A stretch of DNA of 34,413 nucleotides. Origin: Candidatus Iainarchaeum sp. GTDB lineage: Archaea > Iainarchaeota > Iainarchaeia > Iainarchaeales > JAFCCW01. This document shows, piece after piece, positions 25,661 through 34,413 of the stretch (position 1 is its first letter; each line of letters opens with the position of its first letter). The notes beneath the pieces are model-generated. The model was not told the DNA's origin. It did no database searches and was given only the letters and a program-made list of their open reading frames with translations. Position numbers and translations under genes: made by a program. Where the stretch lies: the NCBI GenBank assembly GCA_017609985.1, contig JAFCCW010000007.1, forward strand, positions 1-34,413, written 5' to 3'.

Positions 25661-26188
25661 TTAGGGTTTTCTTGTTGGTTGTCTTTTGTGTGGTTTGGTT
25701 CCTTTTAATCTCCGTGTGTTAATTTCTTCAACAATTCTTTGGGCCAATCCCTCTCTTTGAGCAATAGCTCTTGGGGAAAGTCCTGATTCTAAAGCTTTTT
25801 TAATAACCCAATTTCTTTTTTCTTCAAACAAGTCAAGTTTTCCTGTTTCAATAGCAAAGTCTCGTTCCTTTGCTCTGGCGTATGTGTGTGGTTGCTTTAC
25901 GTGTGGATTTCTCATTCCTGCTGCTTCAACAAATTCATGAAATGCTGTCAAGTCTCCCCAGCCCCTGTCAGCAATATATTTTGGAATAATTATTCTAAAG
26001 CTTTTGTCTTCTGCAGTGAAAAGTATTTCTCGGTTTATTTCACTGGAAACAGCATAATCAAATTTTGGGTAATTTGGGTAGTTGAATTCTATTTTTTCTG
26101 AACGTTCCCATATTTCCAAAAATTCTCTTCTTTTTTCTCTTTGTCTTATGTTGATGCAGGGTTTGTGTTTTCCAAGATTAAAGGGCAT
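25661..26188 (-). CDS. Hypothetical protein with HExxE...H motif
   Basis: AFHEFVEA...PHTYARAKE; TATA-like TTTATAAG about 25 nt upstream. Confidence 0.7.
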   Translation of the reverse strand: MPFNLGKHKPCINIRQREKRREFLEIWERSEKIEFNYPNYPKFDYAVSSEINREILFTAEDKSFRIIIPKYIADRGWGDLTAFHEFVEAAGMRNPHVKQPHTYARAKERDFAIETGKLDLFEEKRNWVIKKALESGLSPRAIAQREGLAQRIVEEINTRRLKGTKPHKRQPTRKP

Positions 26189-26282
26189 GAAAGAATTTGT
26201 TTTTTATCTTATAAATTTCTTACCATTCTCACGCAAGAAATTTAAACCTATAATCTATACTATTAAAGCCGAGGTTGTTTGA

Positions 26283-27269
26283 ATGAAGGTTAGCTATGAG
26301 AATGGACTAAGAGTCGGGAATCTCACAATTGATCCTGAGCGACAGACCAGGGCAGAGCACGTGCTGATAACCCATGCGCACTCTGACCATGTCAAGCTGA
26401 ACAAGGAAAGCAATTTTTTGATGTCAAAGGAAACCCACAAACTTGTGAAGTCTCGCTTCAAAAAAGATTTTCAGGGAAAGTCTCTTTCTTTTGGAAAAAA
26501 ACACAAAGTGGATGGTGTTTCGCTTACTCTTTCAGAGAGTGGTCACATTCTTGGCTCGTCCCAGTCGCTGGTTGAGGGTGATGGAAAGAGCCTGGCTGTG
26601 AGCAGTGACTTCAAGTTGCAGGATTCTCTTGTCACAAAGTCAGCAAAACCTATTTCTGCAGATATTCTTGTTATTGAAACAACTTTTGGTCTGCCGTCTT
26701 ACAGCTTTCCTGAGCGAACCCAAGTATATGAAGACATGGGCAATTGGCTGAAGCAGAATGAAAAAGATGGTTGTTTTTCTCTCCTTGCAGGTTATTCTCT
26801 TGGCAAGGCGCAGGAGCTAACTGCTATTTCAAATCAATATGCTGGGGTTTCTCCGATTGTTCATGAAAGCGTTTTTGAAAATAACGAGGTTTACAAAAAC
26901 TTTGGTGTTAATCTCGGCAAATACTTGAAGCTTAATCACAATCTTGGCGAAAGCTCTGTCTTGATAATGCCTCCTTCCCTTGTTGACGCACACCTGCTTC
27001 AGGCTTTGGAGATTTCAACAGGCAAGAAGATTAGATCTGCTATGGCAACTGGCTGGCCTTATCGAAGATGTTATGACCGTATCTTTCCGTTAAGTGATCA
27101 TGCAGATTTTGCCCAGCTTGAAAGTTATGTCCAGCAGTCAAATCCAAAGCTTGTTCTCACAACCCATGGGTTTTCAAAACAGTTTGCAAGGCATGTCCAA
27201 AGAAGGCTTAAGATTCCTGCACGGCCGCTTGAAGAAGCATGGCAGAAGAGTATGGCAGAGTTTTTTTAG
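26283..27269 (+). CDS. MBL-fold beta-CASP nuclease (ligase-associated/SNM1-like)
   Basis: ITHAHSDH, SGHILGS, IETTFG.P.Y.FP, YSLGKAQE, LSDHADF, TTHG. Confidence 0.88.
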   Translation: MKVSYENGLRVGNLTIDPERQTRAEHVLITHAHSDHVKLNKESNFLMSKETHKLVKSRFKKDFQGKSLSFGKKHKVDGVSLTLSESGHILGSSQSLVEGDGKSLAVSSDFKLQDSLVTKSAKPISADILVIETTFGLPSYSFPERTQVYEDMGNWLKQNEKDGCFSLLAGYSLGKAQELTAISNQYAGVSPIVHESVFENNEVYKNFGVNLGKYLKLNHNLGESSVLIMPPSLVDAHLLQALEISTGKKIRSAMATGWPYRRCYDRIFPLSDHADFAQLESYVQQSNPKLVLTTHGFSKQFARHVQRRLKIPARPLEEAWQKSMAEFF

Positions 27270-27378
27270 TTTCAAAAGATTTCAAACATCATTTGTAATA
27301 CAATTGATTGTTTTGTTGTTGTGTTTGTTTTTTTTTCCAAAAAATTTGCTTTTTTTTTGAGTTAGTTATTTATATTTA

Positions 27379-27852
27379 ATGAATGTAATACATTGGGGTT
27401 TTTTATTGGGGTTGGGAAATCATAATTTTAAGACAGTTGCCTTTTTTTGTTTTGCAATACTTTTCCTTTTAGGCAGTGCTTTTGCCTGGTGGGATAACAG
27501 TTGGGGATATCGGCAGAAGATAACAATCAACAGTTCCCAGGTTCCCTCAGACCAGGTTGATTTTCCAGTTCTAGTTGACATTAATGTTTCTTCAAACAAG
27601 GTTTTTCTCCGCGCACTTTCTGACGGGAACGACGTTGCTTTTATTGCAAGCGATGACTTGACTCAGCTTTCTCACGAGCTTGAGCATTTTGATTCTGATG
27701 GAAACCTGACAGCATGGGTTAAAATTCCTTCGCTTTCAAGTTCTTCCGATACACTAATTTACATGTATTATGGGAACTCTTCTGCTTCTTCCCAAGAGGA
27801 TGCATTCAATGCCTGGGACTCAAATTACGTGTCTATTTTGCACATGAATGAG
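27379..27852 (+). pseudogene. 5' part of a secreted DUF2341 protein, truncated by fusion to an ATPase fragment
   Basis: Signal peptide ...SAFA|WWDNSWGYRQKITI, DFPVLV, AWVKIPSLS, YMYYGN, then LHMNE followed by an abrupt switch. Confidence 0.75.
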
Positions 27853-28522
27853 ACAGGCTCTGGAAAAACAGTTTTTTGTCTTAATGCGCTTTACAATGCC
27901 TGCAAGCAGGGTTATCGTGCATTGTACATGTCTTTTGAAGAGCCCGAGGACAGGCTTGTTTCGCATATGCAAAATTTCGGGTTTGATGTTCAACCATTTA
28001 TTGACAAGGGCACTCTTATAATAAAACGATTTTCTGCTCTTGATATTGCAAGAAGTGTTGAGGCTCTTCTTTCAGATGCAAAGAATGAATTGCTTGTTGA
28101 TGTTCAGCCGATTCTGATTCCTGAAGAATTTAAGGCAGATATTGTTGTAATGGATTCTCTTTCTTCAATAGCTTCTGCTTTTTCAGGGGAAGAGTATAGG
28201 TTCAGAATTTTACATGGAGCAGCTTTTTCGCTATCTTGAATCTCATAAGATTACTTCTCTTCTCATTCGTGAAACATCCCGTCCAACCCATATTGGGATT
28301 TCTTTTTCCGAAAAGGGTGAGGCAATTTCATTCCTTTCAGATGGGATAATTGCAATATACAATGTTTTTTATAAAGAAGGGCACAGGGGCAGGGGAATTG
28401 AAGTTCTTAAACTTCGTGGTTCAAAGATTGACAGGCGAATTGTGGAAATGGATATTCTTGAAAAGAAAGGAATTGTTGTTTTCCCAAAAAAGCAGTTAAA
28501 GGGAAGCTATACTTTGACCTAG
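27853..28522 (+). pseudogene. KaiC/RAD55-like ATPase lacking its N-terminus, with a frameshift at about 28208-28211
   Basis: TGSGKT, YMSFEE, VVMDSLS in one frame; LSDGII...RGIEVLKLRGS...GIVVFP in the 28214-28522 frame. Confidence 0.8.
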
Positions 28523-28575
28523 TTGGATTGCTCTTTTTTTATATTCTTTTCCCTCTACTTTTCTTATTGATTTGA

Positions 28576-30342
28576 ATGCTTAGAACACACACTTGCGGAG
28601 AACTTAACAGCAAATCCATTGGAAAGCAGGTTGAACTTTCTGGTTGGGTTTCCACGAGACGAGACCATGGAAAGCTGACTTTTATTGATTTAAGGGACAG
28701 ATATGGAATTACTCAATGTGTTTTCAATCCTGAAAAGCATAATAAAACTCATTCTCTTGCAAAGGATTTGAGAAGCGAATTTGTTGTTAAAGTCAATGGC
28801 AAAGTGCAGAAGAGACCAAGCGGAACCGAGAACAAGGATATTCCAACTGGTGATGTAGAGGTTGAAGTTGAAGAACTTGAAATTTTTTCCCCTGCTGAAC
28901 CACTGCCTTTTGAACTTGATGGGCGGATTGAGGTAAACGAGGATTTGAGAATGAAACATCGTTATCTTGATCTTCGCACTGAGAGAATGAAGAAAAATAT
29001 TGAAGCAAGGCACAGAATTGTTAAAGTTTTCAGAGATTATTTTGACAAGCTTAATTTTTTAGAAATTGAAACTCCAATGCTTGCAAAGAGTACTCCTGAG
29101 GGAGCAAGAGATTATCTTGTTCCAAGCAGAGTGCATGCAGGCAAGTTTTATGCACTGCCTCAGTCACCGCAGATTTACAAACAGCTTTTAATGCTGAGCG
29201 GACTCGACAGATATGTCCAGATAGTTAAGTGCTTCAGGGACGAGGATTTGAGGGCAGACCGGCAGCCAGAATTTACTCAGGTTGATGTGGAAATGTCCTT
29301 TATTGAACAGGACGACATAATCCGCGTGATTGAGGGGGCAGTAGAACTTGTAATGAAAGAATATAAGGGATTGAGTGTGAAGACTCCTTTTCCAAGAATG
29401 ACTTATGAAGAGGCAATGGACAGGTTTGGTTCAGACAAGCCTGACACAAGATTTGGCTTAGAGCTAATTGACTTGAGCAAAGAGCTTTCTGATACTGAAT
29501 TTAATATTTTCAATACTGTTTTAAAATCTGGAGGCGTGCTTAAAGCAATTGTTGCTCCTGGAATGGGAGGTCACTCACGAAAAGAGCATGATAAATTGCA
29601 CGATGTAGTAAAGGTTTATGGTGCAAAAGGTCTCTCAACCCTTCGCGTTGAAAAAACAGGTTTTGATTCACAAATTTCAAAATTTTTAAAGGAAAAGCAT
29701 TTCAAGGAAGTTGTGAAAAAAACTAATGCAAAGGAAGGAGACCTTATTCTGATTGTTGCAGACAAGCCAGGCATAGTTAATACTTCGCTTGGGGAACTAA
29801 GAAACTATCTTGGAAGAAAACTAGAGCTTATTGACAAAAGCAAATTTAATTTTCTCTGGGTTGTTGATTTTCCCTTGTTTGAATGGGATGACGATGATGA
29901 GCGATGGAAGTCAATGCATCACCCGTTCACTTCTCCAATTAACGAGGATGTGAAGTATCTTGAAAAAGAGCCCGGCAGGGTAAGAAGCAATGCTTATGAT
30001 CTTGTCCTGAATGGCTCGGAAATTGGCGGTGGCTCGATTAGAATTCATAACAGGGAGATGCAACAGCGCATGTTCAAGGCTCTTGGCATCTCTGAAAGCG
30101 AGGCTCAGGAAAAATTCGGATTTATGATGGACTCTTTTAAGTACGGTGCTCCCCCGCACGGCGGAATTGCGCTTGGTCTTGACAGATTTGTTGCTTTGCT
30201 TGCAGAAGAAGATTCTATCCGGGAAGTTGTTGCTTTTCCAAAAAACAAGGCTGCTGAGGGTGTAATGGAGGGTTCTCCCTCAGAAGTTGACGATAAGCAG
30301 TTGAAGGAACTCTCGTTGAAGAAAGACCTGAAAAAGAAATAG
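28576..30342 (+). CDS. aspS: Aspartate--tRNA ligase, bacterial type, probably non-discriminating
   Basis: MLRTHTCGEL, RRDHG, STPEGARDYLVPSR, LPQSPQ, FRDEDLRADRQPEFTQ, GAD insert, HHPFT, GAPPHGG. Confidence 0.97.
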   Translation: MLRTHTCGELNSKSIGKQVELSGWVSTRRDHGKLTFIDLRDRYGITQCVFNPEKHNKTHSLAKDLRSEFVVKVNGKVQKRPSGTENKDIPTGDVEVEVEELEIFSPAEPLPFELDGRIEVNEDLRMKHRYLDLRTERMKKNIEARHRIVKVFRDYFDKLNFLEIETPMLAKSTPEGARDYLVPSRVHAGKFYALPQSPQIYKQLLMLSGLDRYVQIVKCFRDEDLRADRQPEFTQVDVEMSFIEQDDIIRVIEGAVELVMKEYKGLSVKTPFPRMTYEEAMDRFGSDKPDTRFGLELIDLSKELSDTEFNIFNTVLKSGGVLKAIVAPGMGGHSRKEHDKLHDVVKVYGAKGLSTLRVEKTGFDSQISKFLKEKHFKEVVKKTNAKEGDLILIVADKPGIVNTSLGELRNYLGRKLELIDKSKFNFLWVVDFPLFEWDDDDERWKSMHHPFTSPINEDVKYLEKEPGRVRSNAYDLVLNGSEIGGGSIRIHNREMQQRMFKALGISESEAQEKFGFMMDSFKYGAPPHGGIALGLDRFVALLAEEDSIREVVAFPKNKAAEGVMEGSPSEVDDKQLKELSLKKDLKKK

Positions 30343-30392
30343 CAAAAGCGTTTACTTTTAAAGCATTAAATAACTCAATTTATCTGGTTTTC

Positions 30393-30695
30393 ATGGCAGA
30401 AAAAAAGCCTAAAGTGAACAAGGAATTGCTTGAGCAGGTTGCAAAGAACGCGCGCTTAAAGCTTTCAAAAAAAGAAGCTGAAAAATTTCTTCCCCAGTTA
30501 AAGGACATCATTGACACTTTTTCCACTTTGGAGGATGTTGATGTTTCTGATGTCGAGCCAAGTTTTCAGCCTATTTCTCAGCCAAACATCTTCAGGGAAG
30601 ACAAGGTTGGAGACTGTTTGTCGCAGGAAGAGGTGCTGGCAAACACAAGGCACAAGAAAAAAGGATATTTCAAGGGCCCGAAGGTGGTTGAATGA
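30393..30695 (+). CDS. gatC: Asp/Glu-tRNA amidotransferase subunit C
   Basis: VAKNARLKL, FRED, GYFKGPKV; directly upstream of gatA. Confidence 0.93.
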   Translation: MAEKKPKVNKELLEQVAKNARLKLSKKEAEKFLPQLKDIIDTFSTLEDVDVSDVEPSFQPISQPNIFREDKVGDCLSQEEVLANTRHKKKGYFKGPKVVE

Positions 30696-32113
30696 TTCGA
30701 GACTTTGTTCAGTCCGTCAAGTCTGGTGAAACCTCTGCAGAAGAGCATACTTTTTCAATAATCAAGGAAGCAAAGAAGGCAAACAAGACACTTCATCACT
30801 TCAATGCAATTGATGAGCTGGGAGCAATAGAACAGGCTAGGAAAATTGACAAGAGAGTAAAGTTGGGCAAGGCAGATGGAAAACTTCTCGGAGTCCCCAT
30901 AAGCGTAAAGGATGCAATCTGTGTTAAGGGAATTGAAAGTACTGCTGGAAGTGCAATCCTAAAAGGATACAAGCCAGTGTTTGATGCAACAGTTGTCAGA
31001 AAAGCAAAGGAAGCAGGAGCAATAATTATTGGAAAAACAGCACAGGATGCTTTTGGTTTTGGAACATTTTCAGTGAATGTTGGAAATGGTTTTTCAATTC
31101 CAAGAAATCCTCTTGACCTTGACAGGTCATGCGGTGGTTCTTCAGGCGGAAGCGGTGGATTTACTGCTTTCACAGAACACGAGCATCTTTCAATAGGTGA
31201 GAGCACTGGGGGGAGCATTGCTGCTCCTGCAAGTTTCTGTGGTGTTGTTGGGTTATGTCCTACTTACGGGCGGGTTTCCAGATACGGTTTGATGGACTAT
31301 GCTTCTTCGCTTGACAAAATCGGACCGATGGGAAAAACTGTTGATGATGCTGTTTTTTTCCTTGAAGTTCTTGCTGGAATGGATGAGCGTGATTCAACTT
31401 CGCTTGATTCCACTGTTCCTGATTACAGTTCTTCCAAAAAGAAGAAAATGAAAATCGGAGTAGTTAAAGAATTTTTTGGGAAGGGAATTGACAAAGAAGT
31501 AAGTGATGCTGTTTGGAAAAAAATCAAAGCGCTTGAAAGCGAGGGATTTTCTTATGAAGAAATTTCTCTTCCACTAAATGCAAAGTATGGGATGGCTTGT
31601 TATTATTTGATGGCAGTAGCAGAGGCTTCAACAAATCTTGCAAAATACTGTGGGATGAGGTGCGGTGCAGAAGAAAAACTTGAAGACGGGTTTGATAAAT
31701 ACTTCACAAAGGTTCGGTCTTCTTATCTTGGAGAAGAAGCAAAGCGAAGAATTATTCTTGGAACATTTGCAAGAATGTCTGGCTTTCGAGACGCTTATTA
31801 TCTAAGGGCTGTGAAGGTTAGGACTGTTCTCATAAACGAGTTCAAGAAAGCGTTCAAAAAAGTTGATGTTTTGGTTAATCCCACGATGCCTGTTGTTGCT
31901 CCGAAGTTTTCAGAAATTGAAAAACTTACTCCATTGCAAAACTATGCTATGGACTTGTGCACCTGTCCTGCTAATCTTGCTGGCATGCCACATCTTTCAG
32001 TTAAAGCAGGAGAGCACAAAAAAATGCCAATAGGCATCATGTTTACTGCAAACCATCTTGAAGAAGAAAAGCTCGCAAGCATTGGAAAAGCTGTTGAAGA
32101 GGTGAGCCCATGA
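30692..32113 (+). CDS. gatA: Asp/Glu-tRNA amidotransferase subunit A
   Basis: GVPISVKD, GGSSGGS, TGGSI..PAS, PTYGRVSRYGL, KRRIILGTF. Confidence 0.95.
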   Translation: MIRDFVQSVKSGETSAEEHTFSIIKEAKKANKTLHHFNAIDELGAIEQARKIDKRVKLGKADGKLLGVPISVKDAICVKGIESTAGSAILKGYKPVFDATVVRKAKEAGAIIIGKTAQDAFGFGTFSVNVGNGFSIPRNPLDLDRSCGGSSGGSGGFTAFTEHEHLSIGESTGGSIAAPASFCGVVGLCPTYGRVSRYGLMDYASSLDKIGPMGKTVDDAVFFLEVLAGMDERDSTSLDSTVPDYSSSKKKKMKIGVVKEFFGKGIDKEVSDAVWKKIKALESEGFSYEEISLPLNAKYGMACYYLMAVAEASTNLAKYCGMRCGAEEKLEDGFDKYFTKVRSSYLGEEAKRRIILGTFARMSGFRDAYYLRAVKVRTVLINEFKKAFKKVDVLVNPTMPVVAPKFSEIEKLTPLQNYAMDLCTCPANLAGMPHLSVKAGEHKKMPIGIMFTANHLEEEKLASIGKAVEEVSP

Positions 32114-32865
32114 ATCTAACCGTGCTTGGCTGTGGGACAGGACTCAGCGGGGGTGAGAAAGCAGGTTCTGGATTTCTTATAGACAATGGTTTGCAGAAAA
32201 TAGTTTTTGATTTAGGTTTTGGCACAAACAAAAACTTGCAGAAAGTTATTGATTTCACAAAAGTCAATAATATCTTCTTTTCTCATTATGGGCACATGGA
32301 TCATATTGCGGATTTGTTTTCTTTTATTTCTCAAAGAAGTGCTTTTGTAAAGTTAGGTGCCTCGAAAGAAAAGACTCAAATTAACTTGTTTGGGCCAAAG
32401 GGATTCAGCGAGTTTGTATTCTCGGTATTCAAGTCTCTTAGCCTTGATAATTTCCCTTTTCCTGTAAACTGCACTGATATTGAATATTTTGACAAGAAAA
32501 TTTTTGGATACCGTGTTCAAACAAAACCTGTTAGACATTTGGTTGATACGCTTGGATATCGTGTTGAGTCGTCCGGGAAAATTTTTGCTTACTCTGGTGA
32601 CACAGAATATTGTGATTCAGTAGTTGAATTAGGAAAAGAAGCAGACTTGTTTGTTCTTGAATGTGCTTTTCTTGAAGATGAAAAAAAATCAGGGCATTTG
32701 ACTGCAAACGATTGCGCAAGGATAGCAAAAGAATCTGGCGCAAAAAAGATTTTGCTTTCTCATTTATTTCCTTCAACTGATGAATCAGAAGCAAAAAATA
32801 TTGTGCAAAATGGTTTTGACGGCGAAGTTTTAATCGCAAAAGACTTGATGGAGTTAGAGGTGTGA
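32110..32865 (+). CDS. RNase Z/ElaC-like MBL-fold hydrolase
   Basis: LTVLGCGTG, FDLGFG, HYGHMDH, YSGDT, ADLFVLEC, GHLT, LSHL, AKDLM. Confidence 0.85.
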   Translation: MNLTVLGCGTGLSGGEKAGSGFLIDNGLQKIVFDLGFGTNKNLQKVIDFTKVNNIFFSHYGHMDHIADLFSFISQRSAFVKLGASKEKTQINLFGPKGFSEFVFSVFKSLSLDNFPFPVNCTDIEYFDKKIFGYRVQTKPVRHLVDTLGYRVESSGKIFAYSGDTEYCDSVVELGKEADLFVLECAFLEDEKKSGHLTANDCARIAKESGAKKILLSHLFPSTDESEAKNIVQNGFDGEVLIAKDLMELEV

Positions 32866-32867
32866 AC

Positions 32868-34241
32868 ATGGCAAAGGAACGAAAAACAATCATTGGTCTT
32901 GAAGTTCATGTTCAGCTCAATACCAAGAGTAAGCTGTTTTGTTCCTGTCCAACAAAGGCAGAGGAGCCGAACACTGCCTGCTGTGAAATATGCCTTGGAA
33001 TGCCGGGCAGCAAGCCATCCATTAACAAGAAAGCAATTGATTATGCTTTGATGATTGCTCTTGCAATGAACTGCAAGATAAACAAAGAATTTTTCTTTTC
33101 AAGAAAAACATATTTTTATCCAGACCTTGCAAAAAACTTTCAGATAACTCAGTATGAGGTTCCTGTCGGAGAAAAAGGTTTTATTGAAGTTAATGGAAAA
33201 AAGATTGGAATCACGCGAGTTCATCTTGAAGAAGATCCTGCTTCCCTTGTTCACGAAGAAGGAATGAGGTCAAGCAGTTATTCTTTGGTTGATTATAACA
33301 GGAGCGGAATTCCGCTTGCAGAAATTGTTACAGATCCTGATATGCGCTCGCCGGAACAAGCAAGAGCTTTTCTTGGAGAGCTTGTGAAAATTCTTCAGTA
33401 TCTGGAAGTTTTCATTCCTGGCGAAAACGTGCTAAAAGCTGATGCGAATCTTTCGCTGGAAGGTGGAGAGCGCGTTGAAATAAAGAACATTACTGGAAGA
33501 AAAGCAATAGAGGATGCCTTGTTTTCAGAAGAGGAAAGACAGCGTTCTTCAAAAGAAAAAATAAAGCTTGAGACAAGAGCCTGGGATGCGGAATCCTGCT
33601 CTACTTATTCGCTTCGTTCAAAGGAAACAGAGGCAGACTATGGTTATATTTTTGAACCAGATCTTACAAAGTTTGTTGTGGATAATGCCTGGCTTGAAGA
33701 CATCAAAAATAAAATGCCTGAGCTTCATTCCCAGAAGTCAAACAAGTTTGTGGAAGAATATGGCTTGGACAAGTACACTGCTGATGTGCTTTCAAAGGAA
33801 AAAGCTCTCGGAGAATTATTTGAAGAGGTTGCAAAAGATGTTGATGTTGGACTTTCTGCTTCTTTTTTGACAAGAGAGCTTCTCGCGATTGCTAACCACG
33901 AAGGAAAGCAGGTTAAGGAATTAAAGCTTGAGGCAAAAGAGCTTTCGTCTCTTATCACACTCCTTGCTGAAAAGAAGATTACTGACAAGGTTGCAAAAAA
34001 ATCTGCCATAGAATACATTACAAAAGGAGTGAGACCAACAGACTTCATCGAAAAAGAGGGCTTGCTGAAGGATCTTGATTCTTCCTCTCTTGAAATCGCA
34101 GTCAAAAAAGTTCTTGAATCAAACAAGCAGGCTGTTGAGGACTTAAAAAAGGGAGAGCAAAAGTCAATGAACTTCCTTATCGGCCAGGTCATGAAGGAAA
34201 CAAGGGGAAAAGCAGGAGATCCCTCTGGATATCTTTCCTGA
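32868..34241 (+). CDS. gatB: Asp/Glu-tRNA amidotransferase subunit B (last residues abnormal)
   Basis: IGLEVHVQL, FSRKTYFYPDL, HLEED, DYNRSGIPL.EIVT.PD, FLIGQVMKETRGKA; terminal helix replaced by GDPSGYLS*. Confidence 0.93.
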   Translation: MAKERKTIIGLEVHVQLNTKSKLFCSCPTKAEEPNTACCEICLGMPGSKPSINKKAIDYALMIALAMNCKINKEFFFSRKTYFYPDLAKNFQITQYEVPVGEKGFIEVNGKKIGITRVHLEEDPASLVHEEGMRSSSYSLVDYNRSGIPLAEIVTDPDMRSPEQARAFLGELVKILQYLEVFIPGENVLKADANLSLEGGERVEIKNITGRKAIEDALFSEEERQRSSKEKIKLETRAWDAESCSTYSLRSKETEADYGYIFEPDLTKFVVDNAWLEDIKNKMPELHSQKSNKFVEEYGLDKYTADVLSKEKALGELFEEVAKDVDVGLSASFLTRELLAIANHEGKQVKELKLEAKELSSLITLLAEKKITDKVAKKSAIEYITKGVRPTDFIEKEGLLKDLDSSSLEIAVKKVLESNKQAVEDLKKGEQKSMNFLIGQVMKETRGKAGDPSGYLS

Positions 34242-34396
34242 TGTTTTTCATTTCTTACCATGTCCAAAAAGAACAAGCCTATTTCTCTTGCAACAAATCC
34301 TGCTTTCCTATGCAGTCCTTTTCTTTTTCTAGTGTCTGCTGGATGAGCATAGTGCACATGTGGCTTGCCACCACTATATCTGACTCTTACCGGCAT
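34215..34396 (-). pseudogene. 5' fragment of an orphan gene (MPVRVRYSGG...) that runs into antisense gatB
   Basis: About 59 protein-like codons from ATG 34396 after an AT-rich upstream stretch; the remainder of the ORF is antisense to gatB. Confidence 0.45.
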
Positions 34397-34413
34397 AATA
34401 TTCTTTTATTGCT

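Noticed and set aside
33725-34214. Bulk of the 223-aa minus-strand ORF
   Set aside because: Antisense shadow of gatB

Overview
Gene-dense archaeal chromosome segment. Fibrillarin/Nop5, NMD3, archaeal-type GlyRS, a BHB-intron tRNA and TATA/BRE promoters show it is archaeal; a DPANN lineage, possibly Diapherotrites-like, is an inference. Contents: an ArsR-led thiol/ferredoxin redox cluster (glutaredoxin, ferredoxin:thioredoxin reductase, ferredoxin, DUF1858); satP; three metallo-beta-lactamase-fold genes; nmd3; tRNA-Arg(CCU) with a 123-nt multi-hairpin intron; nop5-flpA; glyS; a DUF2683/RelE toxin-antitoxin pair; tRNA-Thr(CGU); a divergent dapBA / aminotransferase-dapF-lysA lysine cluster; a cation/proton antiporter; and an aspS(bacterial type)-gatC-gatA-MBL-gatB operon. 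Most notable: an orphan with three 72-aa tandem repeats plus an HTH; the structured tRNA intron; phased Lrp/LysM-type sites in the dap promoter; a DapA with altered catalytic-triad residues; a His/Lys repeat tail on Nop5; and two abrupt gene-fusion junctions (DUF2341::KaiC-like and the gatB 3' end) that may be assembly artefacts. No CRISPR array, transposase or integrase was seen. All family calls come from motif recognition by eye, with no database search.
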